64,000 nt of DNA from Candidatus Bathyarchaeia archaeon (GCA_049513715.1 JBEKVV010000003.1:128001-192000), one strand, 5' to 3'. Counted from the stretch's first letter, positions 9,936-20,262 are shown. Numbers and translations are program-made. The notes: generated by a model not told the origin, from the letters alone.

Positions 9936-11281
9936 ATCACACAATGACCACACGCGGAAAGAGAGTCTACGAATGGCTCGACAGGCGCCTTCTCATCTCT
10001 CCGCTCATTGCGAAAACTCAAAGAACAATCAACTTTGCGTTACCGAGCACGCTCACAAGACAGAATAGATCACGAGTCTTCTGGTTCATTTATCCCTACT
10101 ATTATGCAGGAGCTATCACAGCATTTCTCGCTATCCTGCAAGGAATCACAGGACTCCTTCTCGCCTTCAACTACGTTCCATCCGCCGTCGGCGCCCCAGG
10201 AACACCAACACAGGCCTACTTGAGCGTCCAAAACATCATGAGAACCGTTCCGCTCGGAGCCTTGATCAGAGGAATGCACCAGTGGGGCGCCAACCTTCTA
10301 GTCGCCGCCGTAACCGTCCACGCGTTCTGGGCGTTTTTCCGCAGCCCGTACAGAGTCGGCCGCGAACTGACTTGGTTCCTAGGCGTTTTCAGCCTGGGCT
10401 TGGCACTTGCGTACTCGTTCTCAGGTTATCTCCTTCCGTGGGACCAGTTGGGCTACTGGGCCGCAACTATAAGCATCCAGATAATAAGAGCAATCCCACT
10501 CTTGGGGGACTTCCTAGCTCAGATCCTCTTGGGCGGAACAGGATTATCGGCGACCACACTGACAAGAATCTACTTCTACCACGTGAGTCTCCTCCCTGTT
10601 GTCGCCCTTGTTCTTGTCGGGGCGCATATGCTACTAGTCATCCTTCAGGGAGTGTCGGAACCTGAAGAAGCATGGAAGACCAGAAGCGAAAAGCAAGCAG
10701 CTCCCCTCTTCGGTCCATTGTTTCCACAACAGATTGCTCCAGTCTTGTTAGTCTCTCTGGTTACGCTAGGGATAGTTCTGCTATTGAGTGCATTCGCCGT
10801 CCAATTTCCGGGCGACCCGGCGAACAAGTTCCTGACGCCGCAATTCATAGTTCCAGAGTGGTACTTCCTGTGGGCATATGGACTACTCAAATGGGTAGGA
10901 TGGATCTACGACATGGTACATTTTGCACCTCCATCCGCAGTCTTCGGCGTCGATCTCCTAAGCGCGAAGGTGGTTGGGATCCTATTCGCCGCGGTATTGT
11001 TCCTCGTCCTTCTACTCCTACCCATAATTGACCGTGGCAAAGAAATCCGGGCGCTTCGGAGACCACTGAAGACAGCCATAGGCGTGTGGGCGATCGGATT
11101 TCTGGCCACCCTGACGCTCTATGCCTTGAATGAGATTCTATCAGTAGATCTTTCTATTCCAATCGATACGCTGAATCTGATTCTCGGATCCATCGTAATC
11201 ACTGTACCCCTCGTCGTAGCCGCACCCGTCTACTTGATGCTCCACCAACATGTGGCGAGGGGGCTTCATAGGAGGGAATGA
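9932..11281 (+). CDS. petB: cytochrome b, fused form
   Basis: RGMHQW...VH, SGYLLPWDQ, YH...AH, PEWY motif; GTGA overlap with Rieske stop. Confidence 0.93.
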   Translation: MNHTMTTRGKRVYEWLDRRLLISPLIAKTQRTINFALPSTLTRQNRSRVFWFIYPYYYAGAITAFLAILQGITGLLLAFNYVPSAVGAPGTPTQAYLSVQNIMRTVPLGALIRGMHQWGANLLVAAVTVHAFWAFFRSPYRVGRELTWFLGVFSLGLALAYSFSGYLLPWDQLGYWAATISIQIIRAIPLLGDFLAQILLGGTGLSATTLTRIYFYHVSLLPVVALVLVGAHMLLVILQGVSEPEEAWKTRSEKQAAPLFGPLFPQQIAPVLLVSLVTLGIVLLLSAFAVQFPGDPANKFLTPQFIVPEWYFLWAYGLLKWVGWIYDMVHFAPPSAVFGVDLLSAKVVGILFAAVLFLVLLLLPIIDRGKEIRALRRPLKTAIGVWAIGFLATLTLYALNEILSVDLSIPIDTLNLILGSIVITVPLVVAAPVYLMLHQHVARGLHRRE

Positions 11282-11282
11282 A

Positions 11283-13193
11283 ATGGATCTCATCAGAAAT
11301 ATCTTTCAGTTTGTTCCTCTGCCCTTCGTTATTGCTTGGTGGATAATTGCAGCAGTCACAGTCTACCTGTTCTTTGTCGGCCTCAGAAGACACGTGCGTG
11401 CTTGGATGAAAGGAAGACCTGAGAAGGTCTCGGGTACTCGGCTTTCTAGGTTAGGTAGATTCGTCTCGCTTGGTCTTGGGCAGTCAAAGGTTCTCAACAA
11501 GAAGTACAACGGAATCAACCATTTGTTGATCTCGATAATCGGCTTCCTGTTGCTCCTCGGAATGTTCTTCCCAGTTCTCGAAACAATCGTAGGCTACGTC
11601 GCCTTACTCTTTGGGGTTGGATTGGTACTGCTGGAATTCAGGCGCCTCAAAACCACCGAGCCGAAGCTTGAGACCGCCTGGGAGGACTCGTTCGTATACG
11701 GCGTAATTGTCGCGATGGCAGTTTCAGGGTTCCTCATGATGGGTGTCAATACTTGGGCTTGGAGGTCTCCGGTAGGCAGCCTGCTCTCTCCACTCTTTGG
11801 TTCACTGGGGCCGAAGGCGCTTGTTGAAGTCTACCCGAGCCTATGGTTGCTTCACTCTGCGCTTGTCTTCTCACTCATTGCCTACATACCAAACTCACGC
11901 CTGATACACCTAATCACTTCTCCCCTCAACATCTACTACACGCCAACGGCCGTGAAAGGCGAGTTATCAACGCCCTTCGATCTGAAGCAGATGATGGAGA
12001 CGGGAAACTTCGATGTCAAGATCGGAGCCACCGAAATTGATGACTTTACTTGGCGCCAGAAGCTCAGCTTCGACTCATGCACCCTGTGCAAACGCTGCAC
12101 AGACGCCTGCCCAGCAACAACCGCCGGAACGAAACTATCACCCATGCACCTCATACTCAAACTAAAGAATCATGAATTAGCTCTCGACACCGATCGACAT
12201 CTCCATGGAGATGTAATAGATGCAGAAGAGCTTTGGGCGTGTACTACTTGTCGTGCGTGCGTGCAGGAATGCCCTGTCCTCATTCAACACGTCGAGGCCA
12301 TCTATGATATGCGTAGGCATCTAATGGCTGAAGGAAAGGTGGACCGAAAAAAAAGAGACCTCATCACTTACCTCTCGACCGCCGGCAACCCATACGGGCT
12401 CCCCAGCTCAGACCGAATGAAATGGGCAGACGGGCTGGACGTCAAGCTGTGGGGCGAAGAACCTGACCAAGAAATCCTGTACTGGGTTGGATGCGCAGGA
12501 TCATACGACATGAGGAACCAAATGGTTTCACGCGCCTTCGTCAAAATCATGAGAACAGCAGGCGTGAGATTCGGTGTCCTAGGAAACGAGGAAAAATGCA
12601 ACTGTGAAGTTGCCCGCCGAGTCGGAGAGGAGGGAAGATTCCAGCAAGCAGCGACGGAATTGATAGAGCTGATGAACAAGCGCGGTGTGAAGAAGATTGT
12701 CACCCAATGTCCACACTGCTTCAACACTTTCAAGAACGAGTATCCGAGATTCGGCGCAGAGTTCGAAGTCGTGCACCACACGCAACTCATATCGAAACTG
12801 ATACGCGATGGGAGGCTGAGGCTCAAGGAAGGAAAGGGGCAGAGCATTGCATTCCATGATCCTTGCTACTTGGGCAGATACAACGAAGAGTACGAAGCTC
12901 CGCGCGAAACAATTCGAACCATCTCGGCCGGAAAACTGGTGGAATTGCCTAGATGTCGTGCGAAGAGTTTCTGTTGCGGCGGCGGAGGTGGAAACACGTG
13001 GTATACCGTGGAAGCCGAGAAGAAACCTAGCGTGATAAGGATCGAGGAGGCGCGTAAGGTAGGCCCTAGCATCCTTGCAGCAGCATGTCCGTATTGCATC
13101 TCCATGTTCGAGGACGCCTCAAAGGCCCTAGGAACATCGGAGAGCATGCCAATCAAAGATATAGCCGAGTTAGTCGTTGAAGCATTAGAGTAA
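11283..13193 (+). CDS. membrane-bound Fe-S oxidoreductase (FadF/HdrF/ETF:quinone oxidoreductase-like)
   Basis: N-terminal TM domain with His residues, two CxxCxxCxxxCP motifs, two CCG-type domains (FHDPCYLGR, CCGGGGG, ACPYC). Confidence 0.9.
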   Translation: MDLIRNIFQFVPLPFVIAWWIIAAVTVYLFFVGLRRHVRAWMKGRPEKVSGTRLSRLGRFVSLGLGQSKVLNKKYNGINHLLISIIGFLLLLGMFFPVLETIVGYVALLFGVGLVLLEFRRLKTTEPKLETAWEDSFVYGVIVAMAVSGFLMMGVNTWAWRSPVGSLLSPLFGSLGPKALVEVYPSLWLLHSALVFSLIAYIPNSRLIHLITSPLNIYYTPTAVKGELSTPFDLKQMMETGNFDVKIGATEIDDFTWRQKLSFDSCTLCKRCTDACPATTAGTKLSPMHLILKLKNHELALDTDRHLHGDVIDAEELWACTTCRACVQECPVLIQHVEAIYDMRRHLMAEGKVDRKKRDLITYLSTAGNPYGLPSSDRMKWADGLDVKLWGEEPDQEILYWVGCAGSYDMRNQMVSRAFVKIMRTAGVRFGVLGNEEKCNCEVARRVGEEGRFQQAATELIELMNKRGVKKIVTQCPHCFNTFKNEYPRFGAEFEVVHHTQLISKLIRDGRLRLKEGKGQSIAFHDPCYLGRYNEEYEAPRETIRTISAGKLVELPRCRAKSFCCGGGGGNTWYTVEAEKKPSVIRIEEARKVGPSILAAACPYCISMFEDASKALGTSESMPIKDIAELVVEALE

Positions 13194-13212
13194 TTGTAAT
13201 CGAACAGGCCGA

Positions 13213-14259
13213 GTGATGTTGAAGAACATTAAGGTAGTCCAATATGGCTTGGGGCCGATCGGACTCGGAATCGTTGACGTCCTTCTAGCTAGACCGTGGG
13301 TTCAGTTGGTCGGCGCAATAGACATCGACAAGAAAAAAGTTGGAAAAGATGTGGGCCAACTCCTTGAGAACCCTAAGAACACAGGAGTGATCGTTAGCGA
13401 TAAGGCGAGTGACGTACTGAAACGTACATCTCCCCACGTTGTGACACACGCCACTTCCTCATACATGAAGACAGTACACCCTCAAGTTTCGGAACTCGTC
13501 CGTTATGGCGTGAATGTTGTTTCAACAGCTGAAGAGCTCTCGTATCCTTTTGTCAAGTACCCAGATTTGGCCAAAGAACTAGACGACCGCGCCAAGGAGA
13601 AGAAAGTGGTCGTGCTTGGGACGGGAGTGAATCCTGGCTTTCTGCTTGACACTCTGGTAGTAGTCATGAGCGGAGTATGCCAGAAAGTCAATTCGATTCG
13701 GGCTGAGCGAGTAGTAGACGCGTCTAGACGAAGGCTGCCACTTCAAAGGAAGATTGGAGCAGGACTGACCCCCGCAGAGTTCGAAAAGAAGGTCGCAGAA
13801 GGATCGATAAAACACGTAGGCTTGCCAGAATCTGTGGGTCTCATTGCCCTAGCAATGGGATGGAAAGTAGGCGAAATCCAAGAGAGAATCACCCCAATAG
13901 TTGCCGAGAAAGATGTGAGCAGTGAGTTCTTGAAAGTTCCAGCTGGCGCTGTCGCAGGTGTACGGCAGGTCGCGAAAGGAATCCTAGCCGGTTTCGAATT
14001 AGTTGTGCTTGATTTGAGAATGTACTTGGGCGCCCAGAATCCGCATGATTCGATTTTGATAGATGGTCTTCCACCTGTCGATATGACGATTCGGGGAGGA
14101 GTTCATGGAGATATCGCAACGCCTGCGACCATCGTCAACTCGCTTCCGAAGATTGAGCGTTTGGAACCAGGCTTGCGAACGATGGTTGACCTCCCACCTA
14201 TCGCACCTTGCCTGAATTTCCCTGAAAGCGACCGGTCAGTTATGCTCAAGACATTCTAG
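13213..14259 (+). CDS. NAD(P)H-dependent amine dehydrogenase (2,4-diaminopentanoate dehydrogenase/DapB-like)
   Basis: GLGPIG Rossmann motif, STAEEL, GTGVNPGF, GDIAT. Confidence 0.85.
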   Translation: MMLKNIKVVQYGLGPIGLGIVDVLLARPWVQLVGAIDIDKKKVGKDVGQLLENPKNTGVIVSDKASDVLKRTSPHVVTHATSSYMKTVHPQVSELVRYGVNVVSTAEELSYPFVKYPDLAKELDDRAKEKKVVVLGTGVNPGFLLDTLVVVMSGVCQKVNSIRAERVVDASRRRLPLQRKIGAGLTPAEFEKKVAEGSIKHVGLPESVGLIALAMGWKVGEIQERITPIVAEKDVSSEFLKVPAGAVAGVRQVAKGILAGFELVVLDLRMYLGAQNPHDSILIDGLPPVDMTIRGGVHGDIATPATIVNSLPKIERLEPGLRTMVDLPPIAPCLNFPESDRSVMLKTF

Positions 14260-14410
14260 TGTCTCTCAAGCTTTATCTTGAATTGGATGACTCTGGGCGC
14301 AGTCGCTCACTTAGATGATTGGCTGCCTCCGTCTATTTTCGGCGTGACTGAGTGTGGGTAATCTTAGGTGGACCGGAATGTTACTTGCAGCTTGAGAAGG
14401 TGCTCCGCCC

Positions 14411-15718
14411 CTAACCTTTGACAGATTGTTCAATGGTTGATGTCAGGTGCTCTATGTCGGCGCCTGTGTGCGCATAACTAATTGAGGCGTGAAGGTTGTC
14501 GGGCAGTATCATCAGTATTCCGTTTTCAAGCAGGCTGGCAAACAGTTTCTTGGATAGTTTCTCATCGCTAGTTGCATAGCACGATGTGTCCAGGATTGGC
14601 TTTTTCGCTGTTGTATGAATGCCTACGAGTGATTTGATTCCGGTTGCTTGAGCTGAGACTTTGTTCTCCTCGAAGATACGGTTCAAGTCATTCCGGCATT
14701 TGTCTCCTAGCTTGCCGATGTGGTCGTAGACCGGCGAGTGCTCGAGAGTGTTGATTGTGGCTAACCCAGCCGCGAGTGTAATTGCATTGCCTGCGAAGGT
14801 TCCACCGTGATAGGCGTAGTCTAATCCCGAGAACTTGGTGTGGTCCATTCGCTCCACTACTTCCCGACGACCGCAAACGGCACCGATTGGGAAACCTCCG
14901 CCGATTATTTTTCCTAAGACGGTTACATCCGGCTTGACTCCAAAGTATCCTTGCGCCCCACCCAATCCAAGCCTGAAACCTGTGATCACCTCATCGAAAA
15001 CCAGCAAGGCACCTGTATCGTCGCAGTATTCGCGCAATCCCTTGAGGAACTCCTTTTGTGCGGGTATCATGCCACCCGCTCCGAGAACGGGTTCCAGGAT
15101 TACGCATGCCAACTTTTCCCCTTTTACTCGTTCAAGGAAACCAGTCAGGTCATTGTAGGGCACGACGGTCGTATCCTGCTGGGACGATGACGTGATGCCC
15201 CCCGAAGGGGGTTTGTCAAATGGCGGTTTCATCGCTACATGCAATGGATCGTAAGCGCCGTGCCAGCAACCTTCAAACTTCGCGATCATAGAGCGCTTCG
15301 TGAATGTTCTTGCCAAACGAATTGCGAAGAAATCCGCTTCACTCCCGGAACTAGTGTAACGAACAAGCTCTGCACTGGGGACATGCTTGCAGAGAGATTC
15401 AGCGTGCGTCACCTCCAATTCATGTACGAGGCCGAAATGCCAGCCGCTCTCAGCTTGAGTCTTCACAGCTTGCATTACTACAGGGTGTGCATGACCCAGA
15501 ATCATTGCGAAATGAGTACACCAGTAATCCGTGTACGAGTTACCATCAATGTCGGTCAGTTTGGCGCCTTTGGCTTCTTTGACGAAGAACGGGTACGGCT
15601 CGAAATATCTGTTCTTGTAGGAAACTCCTGCGGGCTCAACTTTCCTAGCGCGCTGGAACATTGCCCGAGACCTTGGAGTGCGCTTTGAGTATTGCGACTC
15701 AACGAGAGAAGGCTTCAA
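14411..15718 (-). CDS. class III aminotransferase (glutamate-1-semialdehyde aminomutase-like)
   Basis: FDEVITGFR, LGKIIGGGFP, GGTFAGN. Confidence 0.9.
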   Translation of the reverse strand: MKPSLVESQYSKRTPRSRAMFQRARKVEPAGVSYKNRYFEPYPFFVKEAKGAKLTDIDGNSYTDYWCTHFAMILGHAHPVVMQAVKTQAESGWHFGLVHELEVTHAESLCKHVPSAELVRYTSSGSEADFFAIRLARTFTKRSMIAKFEGCWHGAYDPLHVAMKPPFDKPPSGGITSSSQQDTTVVPYNDLTGFLERVKGEKLACVILEPVLGAGGMIPAQKEFLKGLREYCDDTGALLVFDEVITGFRLGLGGAQGYFGVKPDVTVLGKIIGGGFPIGAVCGRREVVERMDHTKFSGLDYAYHGGTFAGNAITLAAGLATINTLEHSPVYDHIGKLGDKCRNDLNRIFEENKVSAQATGIKSLVGIHTTAKKPILDTSCYATSDEKLSKKLFASLLENGILMILPDNLHASISYAHTGADIEHLTSTIEQSVKG

Positions 15719-16038
15719 GAAACATCCATAGCTTGTTTGCGAGCTTGGAAATTTCAGGTTTTCTGCTGACGCCTAACCTTGCTAGGACTCTGTCATAAAG
15801 ACCATGTGGATGCAGCGCGAGTTTGCAAGTACATCAACGAAATATCAAAATCCAGACGCTTCGTCATGCAGCTCGATGACGCTTGGCATATGCATCGACT
15901 TACATCAGGTGTTCATATTGCGGGCAGACGATACCGCGTGAGTCACCCTACTGCCCTTATTGTCAACACAAGTTTCTGTTGAAAGGACTTGGGCTGTAAT
16001 CGGTAATAACCCTGGTAAGTGTGTTTTCGCGCAAACTG

Positions 16039-17256
16039 TTAAGCTAGGACAAAACCGTCGACGATGCTGATGTATCTGAGCGTGCCTTTTCTCGTCATCC
16101 GCGTTAGGGTTTCATCGACCTCTTCAATCCTGTAACCATCCTTCACTGCCAACGCCACCAGATCACGCTTGTCGTAAGTGTAACCAGGGGTCTGAAAGGA
16201 CTTGAGCAGCAGCTCTTGGCAGCGCGCAAGTCTGCTCTCATCCAGTTCTTGAGATTCACGCTTTTTTGGTGGCCTCTTAGCTTCAAGTGACCGGGCCGGA
16301 ATCTTGAACCGCTTGGAAACCATCTGCGCGAACACGCCGCTAGCTCCATAGAAGGTTAGTACGGCTTTTGGTCTCGCTTCTTGCACGAATTCGAGAAGCT
16401 GATTGAGGTCTGCTTGATCGCTCAATCGGAAGAACGCGGACTCTTCGCTGGCAATCTTTGGTCGCGAGCTTGAAACGTAGGCTGTCCTGAAGTTCCCATA
16501 ACGAGAGGTGTCGAAACGCCTCGGGACAATCACAATGCACCCTGACTTCTCAATCATCTTCGCAGCCTCTTCAGTTGAAGCGTCCAGATACTGAAGCCCA
16601 ACCCCGCTACTTTCGTATGCTCGGTTGATTCGCGCTATTCGGGGATGGACTATCACGGGCATCTTTGTCCACGTATTGAATATCCTCACAAGTTCCTGCG
16701 CATTGCCGATGGCATCTGTTTCGAAGGACGGAACTCTGTTGTCCTCGACACATTCCAGAGCCCACTTCACAATCTCAGCGACCACTGATTGGCGGTCGGC
16801 TGTGGAGGTAGGAGCTGTAGCATAGGGTGCTTCCAAGACGAGTAGGTCACAGGGAGCAACATCGGCCGCACGAAGGAGTAGCGTGTCTTGGAAGTTGAGG
16901 TGGCTGGCATATACGACGGTTCCCTCAGGAGTGATTATCTCATATTGTACGCTCCCTAGCACATGTCCCGCATTGTGCGCCTCGACTTCAACTGCTCCAA
17001 GCTTTGCGCGTCTGCCGACACGAATTTCTTGCCAGTTTCCGACTTTTTTCTTGCTGTCAGATTCATAGATCTCCTTAGTTTCTTTCGTGGAGTATTTCTT
17101 CTGAATAGGAAAGGCGAATCCTAGCGCGTGATCGTAGTGTACATGGGAAATGAACACGTCGTCTACGATGGTATCACTTTCATTGGGATCGAAGAGCAGT
17201 TTGGTTTCATCCCAACGGACGAATACTCCGTTAGACCATCTGACAAGAGGCTTCAG
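16039..17256 (-). CDS. MBL-fold beta-CASP-like nuclease with C-terminal wHTH-like domain
   Basis: SHVHYDH, AGHVLGS; frame stays open upstream of 17157 to a CTG at 17256 preceded by GAGGT. Confidence 0.8.
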   Translation of the reverse strand: MKPLVRWSNGVFVRWDETKLLFDPNESDTIVDDVFISHVHYDHALGFAFPIQKKYSTKETKEIYESDSKKKVGNWQEIRVGRRAKLGAVEVEAHNAGHVLGSVQYEIITPEGTVVYASHLNFQDTLLLRAADVAPCDLLVLEAPYATAPTSTADRQSVVAEIVKWALECVEDNRVPSFETDAIGNAQELVRIFNTWTKMPVIVHPRIARINRAYESSGVGLQYLDASTEEAAKMIEKSGCIVIVPRRFDTSRYGNFRTAYVSSSRPKIASEESAFFRLSDQADLNQLLEFVQEARPKAVLTFYGASGVFAQMVSKRFKIPARSLEAKRPPKKRESQELDESRLARCQELLLKSFQTPGYTYDKRDLVALAVKDGYRIEEVDETLTRMTRKGTLRYISIVDGFVLA

Positions 17257-17312
17257 CTCGACAACCTCAATGGGGCATTTCAGCTCAGGGTTTGATTACT
17301 TCCTAACAAGAC

Positions 17313-17534
17313 CTATGGGCAGAATTCTCGTCGCCATCCATTCTTCGCGAAGTATGCTCCACATTGCTTGTCGCGCTGAGTACCTCTGCGAATATTGCAG
17401 TCCTTGGTGAAAACCGACTTTTCCAGCACTCTTTGGGAAGCGTTGTTGTTGGGATGCGTTTCGGCTTGGATCCGAACGACGTCCTTGGTGAGGAATAGGT
17501 AATCGATCTCAGATTCTGTCAAACGAAGACCCAT
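17313..17534 (-). pseudogene. RimJ/RimL GNAT acetyltransferase C-terminal fragment
   Basis: RIQAETHPNNNASQRVLEK; SILREEW continues in another frame; N-terminus missing. Confidence 0.75.
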
Positions 17535-17634
17535 CCGCGGCGATCTGAATCGTCATTACTTAACATACAATCCTTGTGTATTCTCTAAATGCGCCTAATG
17601 TTATTATTTCTGGTGCAAGCTGAGCATATCTGAT

Positions 17635-18735
17635 TTGCGTGGACACATGCACCAAGTCTTCGAAGACATCTGGAAAATCTATCCTGAAAATATGCTCAAG
17701 AACCGCACGTGGCATTGGTGGTGGTGGATTCACTTTTTCGAGAATCCGGACGCCCCCGAATTCCCTAGGCAGCTCATGATCCTTTGGGGATCCAGGAATT
17801 GCAGAAAAGTTCGCGTGAACGATTATCGTTGGGAACCAACAATCCCAATGCAGATCGACGGGAAACGCACTGCGTTTGAATCAATAGTCGCCTCCTGGTA
17901 TTATGATGGAAAAAGAATGCACGATCCTCTTGTCCTCGATCATGGGAAGACTGAAACTGAACGAGATGACCACTCTGGAAAAATCAGAATGGTAGGTAAC
18001 AAAGGAGTCTACTCATACGGTGGAAGCAGCGCGGATTTCTGGCTGAACGTGGACACGGACAGTGTCGTAATAGAGCTGTCAATGAAGGTGTGGAAAGACG
18101 TTATGGCGGAACTGGTGGCCACTGGAAGGAACTTCATTGGAAACATGGGATATTCAATGCTCAAATACAGAGGCCTGTCGTCATCGGGAAGGATCCGAGT
18201 CGGCGAAACCGAGACCTCCGTTACGGGTAGATCGTATTTCCAGAAAGTGCGAATATCCTCGATAACCCCCTGCTGGTACTGGGGCACAGTACAGTGGGAC
18301 AATGGTGCTTACTTGCAGTACTTCTTGCCGCACATCGGGATACCAATGCTTAGGCGGTCAAGATCCCACGAGAGTTCGATGGACTGGGGTGAAAAAATGG
18401 TTTCAAAGACTCTCAACTTCTACGATCCCGAGGAGGGGAAGGAGCATTTCATGGAAGACATTAAGATAACCAAGCGCTACGCGAATGACCTGCCCATATT
18501 CAATGTGAGCGCATCCTCTGGTCAAAATGAGATCAGCATAGAGATGGAAACATACGCGAGATGTTGCTGGAACATATCGCAACCCTTGATATGGCCGATC
18601 TGGTCAGGGATATTCTACAACGAGTACCCCGCTAAGGTCAGGAATTTCAAATTCAAAAGCAATACTCGCAACGCAAGCAATGACGACTTTGGCAAGAGCT
18701 ATTGCAACTGCGAGCACACGTGGGGTACGGTTTAG
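17635..18735 (+). CDS. Trp/Tyr-rich hypothetical protein, possibly tocopherol cyclase/AttH-like beta-barrel
   Basis: 366-aa ORF with WHWWWW, WYWG, EHTWG. Confidence 0.7.
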   Translation: MRGHMHQVFEDIWKIYPENMLKNRTWHWWWWIHFFENPDAPEFPRQLMILWGSRNCRKVRVNDYRWEPTIPMQIDGKRTAFESIVASWYYDGKRMHDPLVLDHGKTETERDDHSGKIRMVGNKGVYSYGGSSADFWLNVDTDSVVIELSMKVWKDVMAELVATGRNFIGNMGYSMLKYRGLSSSGRIRVGETETSVTGRSYFQKVRISSITPCWYWGTVQWDNGAYLQYFLPHIGIPMLRRSRSHESSMDWGEKMVSKTLNFYDPEEGKEHFMEDIKITKRYANDLPIFNVSASSGQNEISIEMETYARCCWNISQPLIWPIWSGIFYNEYPAKVRNFKFKSNTRNASNDDFGKSYCNCEHTWGTV

Positions 18736-19222
18736 GGCATCTGTGTTTGCGTAAGCCTGACTCGTACACTATAACACCCGTCATAACTCCAACGGATTCA
18801 AATGTGCCCACGCGTAGTGCAACATGAGCTACTCCTACACGCCCAATCGGTGCAGCAATGAGAAGAAGAGGGAAGCAGCCGCAGCCCATAAACCGTCCCA
18901 GCTGGGCCTAATCCATCTTAACGACAATCCCTGCTTAGACCACTCAGAACGATAGACACGTCCGGTTGCACTGCGCTTCTGCTTCGGTCATGATAGCAGT
19001 TGCCGAATGTGCCAGTTACGGTAACTGGAGATGTTCTGTCGTTTGGTTCCCCGTCGCTTGTGGGGGCAGTTGAGGTGACGCCGTTGTTTGGTGGTTTTCT
19101 GTCGGTTCTAAGGTTCATCGCAGCTTTCAGCTTCGTAACCCTCGACGTCGGAAGATCACTTGGCTTATGGCGACTCAGGCTGCTCTTGTTGGGGGGTTAC
19201 CGTGACGAAAGCGGTTTGAAGG

Positions 19223-20170
19223 TTACTTCTCTCGGGCAGCTATGGTGATTTCTTTCTGTTCATCCAAGAACGTGAGGGCGTCCATTGCTGCCTTGCAGCC
19301 TTCTCCGGCGGCTGTTACGGCTTGGCGGTACCTGTGATCGTGCACATCTCCGGCCACGAAGACTCCGTCCGCGCTTGACTGGGAATGGTTCTTGACGAGG
19401 ACGTAGCCTTTCTCGTCGAGTTGAATTTGGCCTTCAAAGACCTTTGTGTTCGGTTGGAAACCGATAGCAACGAAGATTCCGTCGCATGGAATCACAGACA
19501 GTTCGCCGGTTTTCAGGTTCTTCACCTTGATACCTTCAACCTTCTCCTTTCCTAGGACTTCGTCAATCGCTGAATCCCAGATGAATTTGATTTTCTTGTT
19601 CGCGAAGGCTCTGCTTTGCATGATTTTGCTTGCGCGCAGTGTATCGCGCCTGTGAATCACAGTTACCTCCGCGGCGTATTTTGTGAGGAAGAGGGCTTCT
19701 TCTAGAGCGGTGTCACCGCCCCCAATAACAACAACCCGTTTCTCTCTGAAGAAGTATCCATCGCACGTTGCGCAACTTGAGACTCCCCTTCCCCTGAGTC
19801 GCTTCTCAGTTGGGAGGTCAAGCCATTTTGCGGAGGAGCCTGTGGCGATTACTACCGCACTCGCGGTATACGTCTGCTTTCCAGCTGAGACATGCATGGG
19901 TCTTCGCTTGAAATCTACGGACTCCAAATCTTCATCGACAATTTCTGCACCGAACCGTTCCGCCTGTTTTCGCATTTCCTGCATTAGATCAGGTCCTTGA
20001 ATTCCGTTAGAGAATCCGGGGAAGTTTTCGACACCGCTCGTGAGCATGAGTTGCCCGCCCGATAGACGACCTGCGATTACGAGCGTCTTCACCAATGCGC
20101 GGCCCGCATAGATGGCGGCAGTCAAACCCGCCGGTCCAGAACCAATGATTATGATATCGTAGTCAGCCAT
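19223..20170 (-). CDS. trxB: thioredoxin-disulfide reductase
   Basis: GSGPAG, CATCDG, GGGDTA, YRQAVTAAG. Confidence 0.96.
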   Translation of the reverse strand: MADYDIIIIGSGPAGLTAAIYAGRALVKTLVIAGRLSGGQLMLTSGVENFPGFSNGIQGPDLMQEMRKQAERFGAEIVDEDLESVDFKRRPMHVSAGKQTYTASAVVIATGSSAKWLDLPTEKRLRGRGVSSCATCDGYFFREKRVVVIGGGDTALEEALFLTKYAAEVTVIHRRDTLRASKIMQSRAFANKKIKFIWDSAIDEVLGKEKVEGIKVKNLKTGELSVIPCDGIFVAIGFQPNTKVFEGQIQLDEKGYVLVKNHSQSSADGVFVAGDVHDHRYRQAVTAAGEGCKAAMDALTFLDEQKEITIAAREK

Positions 20171-20262
20171 GCTTCTCGCGCACTCGCCCTGCTCGATTGA
20201 TTATAAGCCGAACCCTTAAGCTATCGAACGTAAACATTCGTGTTCGTTTTCCACCTTAATAC

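Noticed and set aside
14411..15718. Assigning hemL
   Set aside because: GSA-aminomutase-like, but no tetrapyrrole genes nearby and paralogues are common
15779..15982. 67-aa ORF
   Set aside because: No motif or clear start context
18740..19220. Short ORFs between the hypothetical gene and trxB
   Set aside because: Fragmentary Thr/Pro-rich frames with no coherent gene; possibly a decayed gene but unsupported
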